A stretch of 64,000 nucleotides of DNA from Candidatus Latescibacterota bacterium (GTDB lineage Bacteria; Latescibacterota; UBA2968; UBA8231), in NCBI GenBank assembly GCA_965206595.1, contig OZ242214.1:2432001-2496000 (forward strand), in the 5' to 3' direction. The position numbers were made by a program, and so were the translations under genes. This document shows positions 8,744 through 17,260 of the stretch, in pieces. The notes under the pieces were generated by a model that was given only the letters and a program-made list of their open reading frames with translations, had not been told where the DNA came from and ran no database searches. Every line of letters begins with the position of its first letter. Within the stretch, counting starts at the first letter, position 1.

Positions 8744-8855
8744 TTTTTCATCCTCATCGGATAAAGGTTTTTCAACGATGCCTCCCCTTCCCCACCCCTT
8801 GAAACTTCGCGCAGCCACCTGCGCGTCGATAGCGGCCTCACCCTCCTTTCTTCCG

Positions 8856-9929
8856 TTATCCCCCTCTCAGCCATATGCCGAGGTCAATCAAGGGGGGCGC
8901 CAGGTTGCCGGCGAACACCGCGGTCAGCAGCGCCCCGGCGACGATGAATGGGACGAACGGGAAGCCTTGTTCCCGCTCGATGGAACTTTTCTCCGGCAGC
9001 CCGGGGTTTCCCAACTTCCGCAGGTGGTTCGCCTGCTTCTTCGACAACGGCTGGCCCGCCTCGCAGACCACTATTCCGTCCGCGGCCTCCAGCTCCAGGC
9101 GGTGCCGGGGCACGTCCCCGTCCCGGACTTCCTCTGCCGAAACCGTGCGCACCAGGGCGCGCCCGTACTGGAAGCGCACCTGCAGGTAAACCACTTCGAG
9201 CACCCAGAGGGCCCCCAGCATCAGCACGTAGGTCTGCCAGGCCCCGGTGGTATGGGACAGGTAGAGCAAGGCGGCGATCCCCGGAGGAAGGATCACGGTC
9301 CAGTACTTCTCTTCCAGTCCCCGATCGAGCAGGCGGTAGCCGACCACCAAGGCCGCCAGCGCTTCGAGGTAACTGAGCGGGCGCTGCAGCACCAGCCAGG
9401 CGAAAGCCAGGGCGAGACCCAGAAGCCCGGCCAAGCCCCAGGCGGCCTGCAACCACTGTCTTCCACCGGGACGGGCGGCCTGCGATCTGCCTTCTTCTTT
9501 GGGCTCGCGTCGCCACAGCGGCACCAGCAGCAGCACGAGCAGGTAGCAGATCAGACTGTTCAGGATCAGGGCGAACGGGGCAGCCTGCATGGCCAGCGGT
9601 TCGGGCGACGGGCACAGGCTCGGCGGAAGGGCAACCACCGCGGCCCAGAACAGCTTGGCGTCTCCCGGGGCCCAGAAGCCGAACAGGGTCAGCCCCACGG
9701 CCACCGCCAAGCCGATCCCGAGCAAGGCGGCGACGCGGCCGAAGGTGGTCACGTCGAGGCCCACCATGACCGCCTGCCCGACCAGCCCGATCCCGAGAAG
9801 GGTCAGGGTGTAGCGGTTGGGCACCCACCTCGCCTTCAGGTCGGTGCAACTGGTGTAGAAGCCGGCCGTCAGCAGGCTGGCGAGCATGGCCGTCTCGACG
9901 AGAAAGACCGGGTCGGTGAACAGGTTCAT
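8856..9929 (-). CDS. A24-family (type IV prepilin / preflagellin-type) aspartic peptidase with long C-terminal extension
   Basis: Catalytic Asp motifs TDLKARWVPN and PGDAKL; multiple TM helices; C-terminal GFPFVPFIVAG. Confidence 0.85.
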   Translation of the reverse strand: MNLFTDPVFLVETAMLASLLTAGFYTSCTDLKARWVPNRYTLTLLGIGLVGQAVMVGLDVTTFGRVAALLGIGLAVAVGLTLFGFWAPGDAKLFWAAVVALPPSLCPSPEPLAMQAAPFALILNSLICYLLVLLLVPLWRREPKEEGRSQAARPGGRQWLQAAWGLAGLLGLALAFAWLVLQRPLSYLEALAALVVGYRLLDRGLEEKYWTVILPPGIAALLYLSHTTGAWQTYVLMLGALWVLEVVYLQVRFQYGRALVRTVSAEEVRDGDVPRHRLELEAADGIVVCEAGQPLSKKQANHLRKLGNPGLPEKSSIEREQGFPFVPFIVAGALLTAVFAGNLAPPLIDLGIWLRGG

Positions 9930-10525
9930 CGGCTCCCCTTCCGCCCGAGGGCGTCGGCGACCAGGGTCCCTACCAGCTTGGCTCCCTCCGGCTCCCCGAC
10001 GCCGGAACCGGCCACCTTGCCCTCGGCGTCGAGCAGGTAGGTCGTGGGCACGCCGCTGGTCCGGTAGGCGTCGAAGGTGCTGCCGTCGGCATCCACCAAC
10101 ACCGGAAACTGGGTTGCCAGTTCGGCCTGCAGCTCGGCCTCTTCCTGCGTCGGCTCCCGGCCTGTGTCGCCCCCGCGTTGGATGAACAGCATGCGTTTGC
10201 CCAGGTCGGGCAGTCCCTCGTCCAGGACGGTGCGCATAAGCTGGCGGCTGTACGGACAGGAGAAGCTGACGAACACGGCGGCCGACGATTCCCCTTTGAG
10301 ATCTTCCAGGCTGACGGTCCTCTCCCCGGCCGCATCCGAAAGCTCGAAGCCGGGGGCAGGCGCGCCCCGGGAGAGCAGGGCGGTCCCTTCATCGACCACG
10401 CGCAGGAGCAGGGAGGACTGAAGGTCCCGGTCCTCGGGCGGTTCTCCGGTCGCCAGGGCCGCGATCAACCCCAGCGCCAGCGCGCCTCCGGCCAGCACCG
10501 GCTTGAGAGCGTTGCGATCCATCAT
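9926..10525 (-). CDS. Membrane-anchored thioredoxin-fold (TlpA/ResA-like) protein, CxxS
   Basis: N-terminal TM, APGFELSD, SLEDLKG, FSCPYS, GVPTTYLLDAEGKV; ATGA overlap with the upstream gene. Confidence 0.85.
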   Translation of the reverse strand: MMDRNALKPVLAGGALALGLIAALATGEPPEDRDLQSSLLLRVVDEGTALLSRGAPAPGFELSDAAGERTVSLEDLKGESSAAVFVSFSCPYSRQLMRTVLDEGLPDLGKRMLFIQRGGDTGREPTQEEAELQAELATQFPVLVDADGSTFDAYRTSGVPTTYLLDAEGKVAGSGVGEPEGAKLVGTLVADALGRKGSR

Positions 10526-11067
10526 CCCCTTCCTCCCTCCGATTCGTTCCAGGCCGCCAGGACTTCGGTGATGCTGCGGCTGCCGGTGGCGGCGTGGCGG
10601 ACCACCCCGCGCCGGTCGATGAGCAGGGCGCTGGGCACCCCGCGCACGTCGTAGAGCCGATGCACCGCCTGCCCTTGGTCGTGTCCGATTGCCAGAGTGA
10701 CCTCTCCGATGTGGGCCTGCACCAGGTCCGGGTCGCCCGCGGCGACGGCGACGATGGGCAGCACTTCGGCCGCCTTGGCCACCGCCGGGTAGGCGGCCTT
10801 GCAGGCCCCGCACGCGGCGTCGGTGAAGTAGAGCAGCCAGGCATCGGCCCCCCGGGCGCTGGCCAGAGACACGGTTGCCCCGCCAAGGCCGGGCAGCGTG
10901 AAGTCCGGCGCCTGCCGGCCCAGCAGGTGGGCGAATGGCTTGGGCGGCAGGCCTGGCGGAGCCCCGGTTTCCAGGCGCGCGCCGATGCCGATGCACAGGG
11001 CCAGCAGCAAGCCGACGGCCGCGGACACCGCCTTTACCATGGGATTCATCCCGGAAGGATCAGCCAT
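10522..11067 (-). CDS. Membrane-anchored thioredoxin-fold (TlpA/ResA-like) protein, CxxC
   Basis: N-terminal TM, APDFTLP, LYFTDAACGAC, GVPSALLIDRRGVVR. Confidence 0.85.
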   Translation of the reverse strand: MADPSGMNPMVKAVSAAVGLLLALCIGIGARLETGAPPGLPPKPFAHLLGRQAPDFTLPGLGGATVSLASARGADAWLLYFTDAACGACKAAYPAVAKAAEVLPIVAVAAGDPDLVQAHIGEVTLAIGHDQGQAVHRLYDVRGVPSALLIDRRGVVRHAATGSRSITEVLAAWNESEGGRG

Positions 11068-11671
11068 TTCCTTTGCTTTCGGTTGGCGGTCTCGAGGCGA
11101 ACCAGGAACGCAGCCCGCGCAGCTCTTTCAGCATGGCCCCGACCGTCAGCGTTGCCCCGCTGATGCCATCCAGGTCTTTGCCGACCCGCAACGAATCGCC
11201 CAGGGAGGTCCCTTTCAGTTGGGACAGGAACGCGTCCGGATCGAAGAAGCCGCCCTCCTTCTCCCAGGCTTCCAGGGGCGCAACCCCGGCTATCTCTTGC
11301 GTCGAGGGGGTCAGGTAGACCGCGGCCAGCAGGTCGCGGCAGGTGCTGCAGGCGATGTCGTGGCGCACCAGGGCCAGGGCGTAGACCGGGCGGCCGTTGT
11401 CGGAGACCCGGTAGAGCTGCAGCAGGCCGGAGCGGGGCAGGGGACGGGCTTCGTGGATCAACCGGAGGTCGATGGAAGCGAGCGCAGAGTCGAACTGTCG
11501 GGTGGTGGCGAGGAGCTGTGTCGCGGAGGGGAGCGCCGGAAGCGCGGGAGCGAAGTGGCGGGCGCGGGCTTCGGAGTAGAAGTGAAGGAGGGCGGCGACT
11601 CCGCCGGTCAGGCCCAGGATCAGGCCGCAGGATATCAGTACTGCAGGCTTGCGGGAGGTCATGCCTTCCAA
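11060..11671 (-). CDS. Extracytoplasmic FMN-binding (flavinylation-motif) protein with CxxC
   Basis: N-terminal TM, IACSTCRD, and LDGISGAT, which matches the ApbE target motif DxxSGAT of RnfG/NqrC-type domains. Confidence 0.8.
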   Translation of the reverse strand: MEGMTSRKPAVLISCGLILGLTGGVAALLHFYSEARARHFAPALPALPSATQLLATTRQFDSALASIDLRLIHEARPLPRSGLLQLYRVSDNGRPVYALALVRHDIACSTCRDLLAAVYLTPSTQEIAGVAPLEAWEKEGGFFDPDAFLSQLKGTSLGDSLRVGKDLDGISGATLTVGAMLKELRGLRSWFASRPPTESKGNG

Positions 11672-12161
11672 ACCGCCTTGCAGTGAGAGGGATCACCCCG
11701 GCTTCGCGGACCGCCCAACCTTGCCCCGCCGCGCCTGCCGTTTGTGCCGATCAAAGACGCACATAGGGTAAGGGGGGGGGCAAAAAAAGGTCAAAGGAGT
11801 TTTTAATCCTGGGACGATCAGGTGAAATCTCGTCGGGGGACTGAAAGCTTGCCGGAGCCGGTTCACAGGGTGGGAGGTTCACCGCCACGACGGCTGGAGG
11901 CGGGCAGACGGGCTTGTGCACGTCGTGTACCCAGTGAACGGTCGCAGGGAAGGGGCAGACCCGGCGGATGGGACGGACGGCCATCTACCCACCGGCTCGC
12001 CCATGTGGGATCGAACGGCCGGATCAGGTGCCGTGCGCGGACGTGACCTACATTTCGATGCAACGAGGTTTCACTATCTGGCGGCGATCATGAACTCGAT
12101 GGACGGCAGGCCGATGGAGGAACAATGAACCCGCCTCTACCACCCACGACCCTGGCATTCG

Positions 12162-13376
12162 GTGCCCATGGAATCCCACACTGAAATCGAAGGCGTCCCG
12201 GTCTGGGGGAAACCCCTCGACAACGCGGTAAGGCAGATCGTCAACTGCGCCCGCAGCGCCGAGCACGCCGCCCTCATGGCCGACCACCACCTCGGCTACG
12301 CCATGCCGATCGGCGGGGTGGCCGCCTACCGCGCCGCCGTCAGTCCCTCCGGGGTCGGCTACGACATCAGCTGCGGCAACAAGGCGGTCCTGCTCGACGC
12401 CGATCCCGATCTCGTCGCCTCCGAAACCGGACCCATCATGGACGAGATCTGGGAGACCCTCTCCTTCGGCATCGGCCGCAGGAACGACGAACCGGTGGAG
12501 CACGTGCTGTTCCGCGACGATCCCGCTTGGGACATCGAGGTCGCGGCAAAGCTGAAATCCTTGGCGCAAAGCCAGCTGGGGACCATCGGCTCGGGCAATC
12601 ACTACGTCGATCTCTTCCTCGACGAGGAACGGCGCGTCTGGTGCGGGGTGCACTTCGGCTCGCGCGGCCTCGGGCACAAGCTGGCGACCCACTTCATCAA
12701 GGCGGGCGGCGGCAAAGAGGGGATCGACGTCGATCCCGTGCTCCTCGACACCGGCTCCCAGCTCGGCCAGGAGTACGTCGCCTGCATGAAGCTCGCCGGC
12801 CGCTACGCCTATGCCGGCCGCGACTGGGTGTGCGCCAAGGTCGCCTCCCTGCTGCGCTGCAACATCGTCGCGGAGGTGCACAACCACCACAACTTCGCCT
12901 GGGAGGAAGAGCATTTCGGCGAGAAGCTGTGGATCGTGCGCAAGGGGGCCACCCCCGCCTTTCCCGGACAGCGCGGCTTCATCGGCGGCTCCATGGGAGA
13001 CATCTCCGTGATCGTCGAGGGGGTCGACGGCGAAGAGAGCGTCACGTCGATGTACTCCACCGTTCACGGCGCCGGACGGGTGATGTCGAGAACCGCGGCC
13101 GCGGGCAAGCGGCGCTGGAAACGGGCGCGGCGCAAGGCCGGGAAGAAACAGATGCAGGCCAAGGCGGGCGCCATCAGCCGCGAGATGATGATGGAATGGG
13201 TTTCGCGGGAAGGGGTAGTGCTGCGTGGCGCCGGCACCGACGAATCCCCCCATTGCTACAAGCGCCTCCCCGAGGTGCTGGAGTATCATTCCGCGGGCAT
13301 TCGCATCCTGCACACCCTGAAGCCGATCGGGGTGGCGATGGCCGGGGCGGACGAGTACGATCCGTTCCGGGACTGA
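12162..13376 (+). CDS. rtcB: RtcB RNA 3'-phosphate/5'-OH ligase
   Basis: ADHHLGYAMPIGG, GYDISCG, GSGNHY, HFGSRG, HNHHN, RKGATPA, HGAGR, DESPHCYK. Confidence 0.95.
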   Translation: MPMESHTEIEGVPVWGKPLDNAVRQIVNCARSAEHAALMADHHLGYAMPIGGVAAYRAAVSPSGVGYDISCGNKAVLLDADPDLVASETGPIMDEIWETLSFGIGRRNDEPVEHVLFRDDPAWDIEVAAKLKSLAQSQLGTIGSGNHYVDLFLDEERRVWCGVHFGSRGLGHKLATHFIKAGGGKEGIDVDPVLLDTGSQLGQEYVACMKLAGRYAYAGRDWVCAKVASLLRCNIVAEVHNHHNFAWEEEHFGEKLWIVRKGATPAFPGQRGFIGGSMGDISVIVEGVDGEESVTSMYSTVHGAGRVMSRTAAAGKRRWKRARRKAGKKQMQAKAGAISREMMMEWVSREGVVLRGAGTDESPHCYKRLPEVLEYHSAGIRILHTLKPIGVAMAGADEYDPFRD

Positions 13377-13426
13377 CGGGGTGCCCGTCCAGGCCCCAAG
13401 CGATCCGAATTTCAGGAGAAACCCCA

Positions 13427-14524
13427 TTGATCGAGGTCAAATCGACAGGACTCGTCTACCGCAACCCGAAGCCCTACCTCAGGTCCATCCACGCCTGGCA
13501 CCCGACCATCGTGCCCCTCGGCGGCGGGGAGATGCTGGCCGGCTACGACCTGGCCGAGGCGATTTCGGCGGCGAACTACCGCTCCTACGTGTCGAGGTCG
13601 AACGACGGGGGCGAGACCTGGAGCGAGCCGCGCCGCCTCGTGCCCGGCCACACCGAGGTCACCGATTTCATCCGCCTGAGCCGCCTGTCCGACGGCACCC
13701 TCCTCGGAGTGGGCCAGCGCAAGGAGCCGGACCTGGAGACCCAGAGCTGGAACCCGGAGACCTACGGATGCCGCCCCGGCGAGTGGTTCACCATCCGCAG
13801 CGCCGACAACGGCGAGACTTGGAGCGAGCCGGAGCTTTTCGAGCCGGCGATCACGGGACAACCCTGGGAGATCTGCCACGCGGCGGTGGAAGTCGGCGAC
13901 GGCCGCCTGCTGCTGCCGGCGGGATTGCTGCGCACCTGGGAGGGGGAGGCCCCCAACGGCCTCAAGACGGTCGCCCTTGCCTCTCACGACCGCGGGGCGA
14001 CTTGGCCCGACCACCTCGAGCTGTTCAGCGACCCGGAGGGCGGGACCCTATTTCACGAAGTGAGCCTGATCGAGCTGGCGGACGGCGGCCTGTTGTCGGT
14101 CGCCTGGCCGTTCAACCCGGAGGTGGGACGCACGGTGACGAAGGTGCCGTTCGCGCTGGCGCCCGACGGCAGGGAGTTCAGCCTGCGCGGGTCGACGGAA
14201 ATACCGGGGGAAACCACCAAGCTCGTCGGCCTCGGGGGCAACCGCGTCATGTCCTTCATGCGCAGGACCGACCAGCCCGGGTTGTGGGCCTGCGTGTCGC
14301 GGATCGAAGGGGACCGCTGGATCAACGAAGCGGAAGCCCCGGTCTGGCAGGGGGCGGAATCGCGCATGCTCGGGGATGACCGGGCCGCGGAAGAGCTGGC
14401 CGCCCTGCAGTTCGGTTTTCCGAACCCGCACCTGCTGGAGGACGGGGACGTCTTCGTCGCCTTCTGGTGCCGCGAGAACTGCATCCACAACATCCGCTGG
14501 GTGCGGCTGGGTGTGGACCAGTAG
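13427..14524 (+). CDS. Sialidase-like Asp-box (BNR) beta-propeller protein
   Basis: SNDGGETW, SADNGETW, SHDRGATW Asp-boxes; AGGAG RBS then TTG. Confidence 0.85.
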   Translation: MIEVKSTGLVYRNPKPYLRSIHAWHPTIVPLGGGEMLAGYDLAEAISAANYRSYVSRSNDGGETWSEPRRLVPGHTEVTDFIRLSRLSDGTLLGVGQRKEPDLETQSWNPETYGCRPGEWFTIRSADNGETWSEPELFEPAITGQPWEICHAAVEVGDGRLLLPAGLLRTWEGEAPNGLKTVALASHDRGATWPDHLELFSDPEGGTLFHEVSLIELADGGLLSVAWPFNPEVGRTVTKVPFALAPDGREFSLRGSTEIPGETTKLVGLGGNRVMSFMRRTDQPGLWACVSRIEGDRWINEAEAPVWQGAESRMLGDDRAAEELAALQFGFPNPHLLEDGDVFVAFWCRENCIHNIRWVRLGVDQ

Positions 14525-14649
14525 GGGTCTGCGCATCTCACGGTTCGAGCACCCCGGTTACCCGGCTCACGACCGCGGCAAGCACCTGCGCGCAGGTTCA
14601 CCCCTCGTCAGCGGCGGCGGGAATTCCCCGAAAAAAGAGCGTATTGTCG

Positions 14650-15240
14650 TCATTCCCCCCCTCCGCGCTCGCGTTGCAGGTCTTCGAATTCCTTGCGCAG
14701 CAGCTTCTTGCCTTTGTACAGGCGCATCTTCACCGTCGCGAAGCTCAGTCCGAGCAAGCGGCAGATCCGCTCGTACGAGCAGCCTTCGAAATGGAAAAGA
14801 ATGAGGACTTTCCGGTACTCGGGCTTGACGCGGTCCAGCGCCTCCATCAACGCCTCGCTATCCTCTTTCTGCACCAGTATCTGGTCGGCGGTCTTCTCCC
14901 TCCTCAGCGCCGGAAGCAATGCGTCGAGCACTCCTTCCCGGGCGACCTCCTCGACCTGCGAGCGGCGGCGCACCTGTTGGCCGCGCAGCCAGTCGGTGGA
15001 GGCGTTGCCTGCCATTCTCGCCAACCATGGCGCGAATTTCGAGGGCTCCCGAAGCTTGGCGAGCTCGAGGTAGGCCTTGCAGAATACCTCCTGGCTGAGA
15101 TCGTCCACCTCTTCAGGCCGGCGAACGGCCTCGAACATCACGCCGTGTACGAGCTTTACGTACCGTTTTACGAGCGCGCCGAAGGCGGCGGAATCGCCCT
15201 CGAGCGTCCTTCTGACCAGTTCGCTATCGTTCTCTGCCAT
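14650..15240 (-). CDS. ECF RNA polymerase sigma-70 factor
   Basis: GDSAAFGALVKRY, DLSQEVFCKAY, FAPWL, region 4 GCSYERICRLLG..ATVKMRL. Confidence 0.9.
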   Translation of the reverse strand: MAENDSELVRRTLEGDSAAFGALVKRYVKLVHGVMFEAVRRPEEVDDLSQEVFCKAYLELAKLREPSKFAPWLARMAGNASTDWLRGQQVRRRSQVEEVAREGVLDALLPALRREKTADQILVQKEDSEALMEALDRVKPEYRKVLILFHFEGCSYERICRLLGLSFATVKMRLYKGKKLLRKEFEDLQRERGGGE

Positions 15241-15488
15241 GAAGGGGATCCTGGCAATGGTGGTTGCGACTGAATGCTCTCGGCTGGAGATCGGGGGGAG
15301 CTGCCCGCAGAGACAGGCGTGGCCGCGGCATACCACTCCTCGGCCAGTCCCCGGTCGTCACTGCGGCGCCGTATAGAAAGACGCGGCGGCCAGGAAACTT
15401 ACTAGCCCGAGGGGCTGACAGAAAACGTGTGCAGCAAACAGGAGGTCTTTCACATCCCTTCCGTATTCGATCCCATGGGAGCCGCTCC

Positions 15489-16250
15489 ATGACCCTGCTG
15501 ACCGAATCAGACCGCGAGTACTTCCGCCGGCACGGCTTCGTCCTCCTGCACGACCTCGTCTCCGCCGCCGAAATCCAGCGCTTCCTCGAGCTCTTCCACG
15601 AAGACCGGAAACGGACGCCGCTGCGCTGGGCACGGCGCGGTTCCCAGACCATGAACTGCGACGCCCTGTGCACGACACCCGAGTTCGACGAAGTCGTCCG
15701 CCACCCGCTGATCCTGCAGGCAGTCGTCGAGCTGATGGGGGGGCCGGTCTGCTTCAGCGAGCTCTGCATCCGCCTCATGGAGCCCGCGGACAGCCCGGGC
15801 AGCGGGGGGTGGCACCGCGACCGGGGCCACTACCCAGAGCATCCGCTGCGCATGGACTACATCCAGCTCATGCTCTACCTGACCGACGTCGACGAGACCA
15901 CGCACTGCTTCTCGCTTTCCCCGGAATCGGTCGACGAGCCGATTCTCGGGAAGGCCGGCAAGCAGCTCGAGCGCGGCGGCTGCTTCGACGTTCACGGCCC
16001 TGCCGGAACCGTCTGCCTCTTCAACGTGGCGGTCCTGCACCGGGCAACCGTCCGCAAGACCGACAAGGAGCGCATCAGCATCCAGGCCTACTACGGCCAC
16101 CGCGACCGCCCCTACCTCGCCGACGACTCGCTCATCCCGCCGATGTTCTTCATCAACCACCCCGACCCGGAGGTGCGCGCCTTCTACGGCAACCTCAACG
16201 GCATTACCAGGCTGTACATGCGCGCCTTCGGAATCGAGGAGCCCGGCTGA
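15489..16250 (+). CDS. PhyH-family dioxygenase
   Basis: FRRHGFVLL, GWHRD, GPAGTVCLFN..LH. Confidence 0.85.
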   Translation: MTLLTESDREYFRRHGFVLLHDLVSAAEIQRFLELFHEDRKRTPLRWARRGSQTMNCDALCTTPEFDEVVRHPLILQAVVELMGGPVCFSELCIRLMEPADSPGSGGWHRDRGHYPEHPLRMDYIQLMLYLTDVDETTHCFSLSPESVDEPILGKAGKQLERGGCFDVHGPAGTVCLFNVAVLHRATVRKTDKERISIQAYYGHRDRPYLADDSLIPPMFFINHPDPEVRAFYGNLNGITRLYMRAFGIEEPG

Positions 16251-16324
16251 AGCCCGGTTTACCGGCGGCCTCGCCTCGGATCATCCGCCCGGGTCGGAAC
16301 CCGGCCATTACCAGAGACAGGAGC

Positions 16325-17152
16325 ATGATGCCCGCACATCCGACGTTCACCCCCGACCGCAAGCAGGAGGCCCTCGACTTCTTCGCCGCCTGGAACTACG
16401 TCGTCGTCAGCGACGCCCTGCCGCCGGGAAACATCCGCACCCTCACCGGGTTCGTCGACCGCTCCGAGCGCGAGATCGCCTCCGAGTGGGGCCCCGACAA
16501 GCTCGGCTGCCGCTCGCACGCGCAGATCCTCGTTCACCACCCCGAGCTCGACGGGCACGTGCGCCCGCCGCTGGCCTGGGACCTCGTCGACGCCATCCTG
16601 GGGCCCGACACCCGCTTCTCCCAGTTCGACTTCCGCGACCTGTGGGACGGGGCCGCCACCGGGCCGACGCGCTGGCACAGGGACCGCTCCTACCTGCCGC
16701 GCGCCGCAGACGATCCCAATCCCCGCTGGGACTGCAGCTACGTCTGCGCCATCCACTACCTGACCGGCGTCGGCGAGGACCAGCCCTGTTTCGCGGTGGT
16801 ACCCAACTCGCAGCGTTGCGGGAGCTTCGATGAGGCGAAGGAGGCGCTCGGGGAGGATTTCCGCATCGTGCCGGTGCGCGGGCCCGCGGGCACCGTCGTG
16901 CTCTACAACATCGGCATCCTGCACACCCGCGTGCACGGCGCCGGCCGCCGCCTGACCCAGCACAACTACTTCAGCCGCGAGCAGAGCCCGCCGCTGACCG
17001 ACTGGGTGATGCTGCCGCGGCGTCTGACCGAACACCCCGATCCGGAGGTGCGCACCTTCTACAGCCAGTGGACGGAAGCGACCAGGGCGTTCGCCGCGGC
17101 CGGGTACTCGGACGAGTACTACTACGCCAACGTCATGGACAAGCCGACGTAG
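16325..17152 (+). CDS. PhyH-family dioxygenase
   Basis: WHRD, VVPNSQ, GPAGTVVLYN..LHT; C-terminal HPDPEVR shared with the upstream paralogue. Confidence 0.85.
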   Translation: MMPAHPTFTPDRKQEALDFFAAWNYVVVSDALPPGNIRTLTGFVDRSEREIASEWGPDKLGCRSHAQILVHHPELDGHVRPPLAWDLVDAILGPDTRFSQFDFRDLWDGAATGPTRWHRDRSYLPRAADDPNPRWDCSYVCAIHYLTGVGEDQPCFAVVPNSQRCGSFDEAKEALGEDFRIVPVRGPAGTVVLYNIGILHTRVHGAGRRLTQHNYFSREQSPPLTDWVMLPRRLTEHPDPEVRTFYSQWTEATRAFAAAGYSDEYYYANVMDKPT

Positions 17153-17260
17153 CAGCCGATGTAGGAGGGGCTTCTTCCACGGGCTGACAGCCCTCGCCGC
17201 CGCCGTTAACTGTGCTGCAGTCTCCCGGTGCGGGAAGGGAGCCCGCGGGCCGGCGGCGGC

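Noticed and set aside
8744-8818. Longer 137-aa version of the precursor starting at GTG 8818
   Set aside because: ATG 8743 has a well-spaced GAGGA; the upstream AAGGAGG is too far from 8818. Not fully excluded.
8405-9929. Ordinary Flp/Tad pilus locus
   Set aside because: The small ORF lacks Glu+5/Tyr+6, carries a Cys-rich tail, and no tad/cpa assembly genes are present.
9926-11067. Cytochrome c maturation (CcmG/ResA) role, or selenocysteine in the CxxS redoxin
   Set aside because: No ccm/res genes or CxxCH proteins nearby; the CPYS serine is an AGC codon, not TGA.
11672-12161. Small ORFs or ncRNA between the peptide operon and rtcB
   Set aside because: No recognisable motif, RBS-supported ORF or convincing structure; the G9/A7 runs alone are not evidence of phase variation.
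12527-13426. Apparent 665-aa ORF overlapping rtcB
   Set aside because: Only the part from TTG 13427 (with RBS) is protein-like; the rest is an off-frame read of rtcB.
17196-17260. gccgccgccg / cggcggcggc inverted repeat between convergent genes
   Set aside because: Low-complexity GC repeat with a long loop and no U-tract; could be chance.
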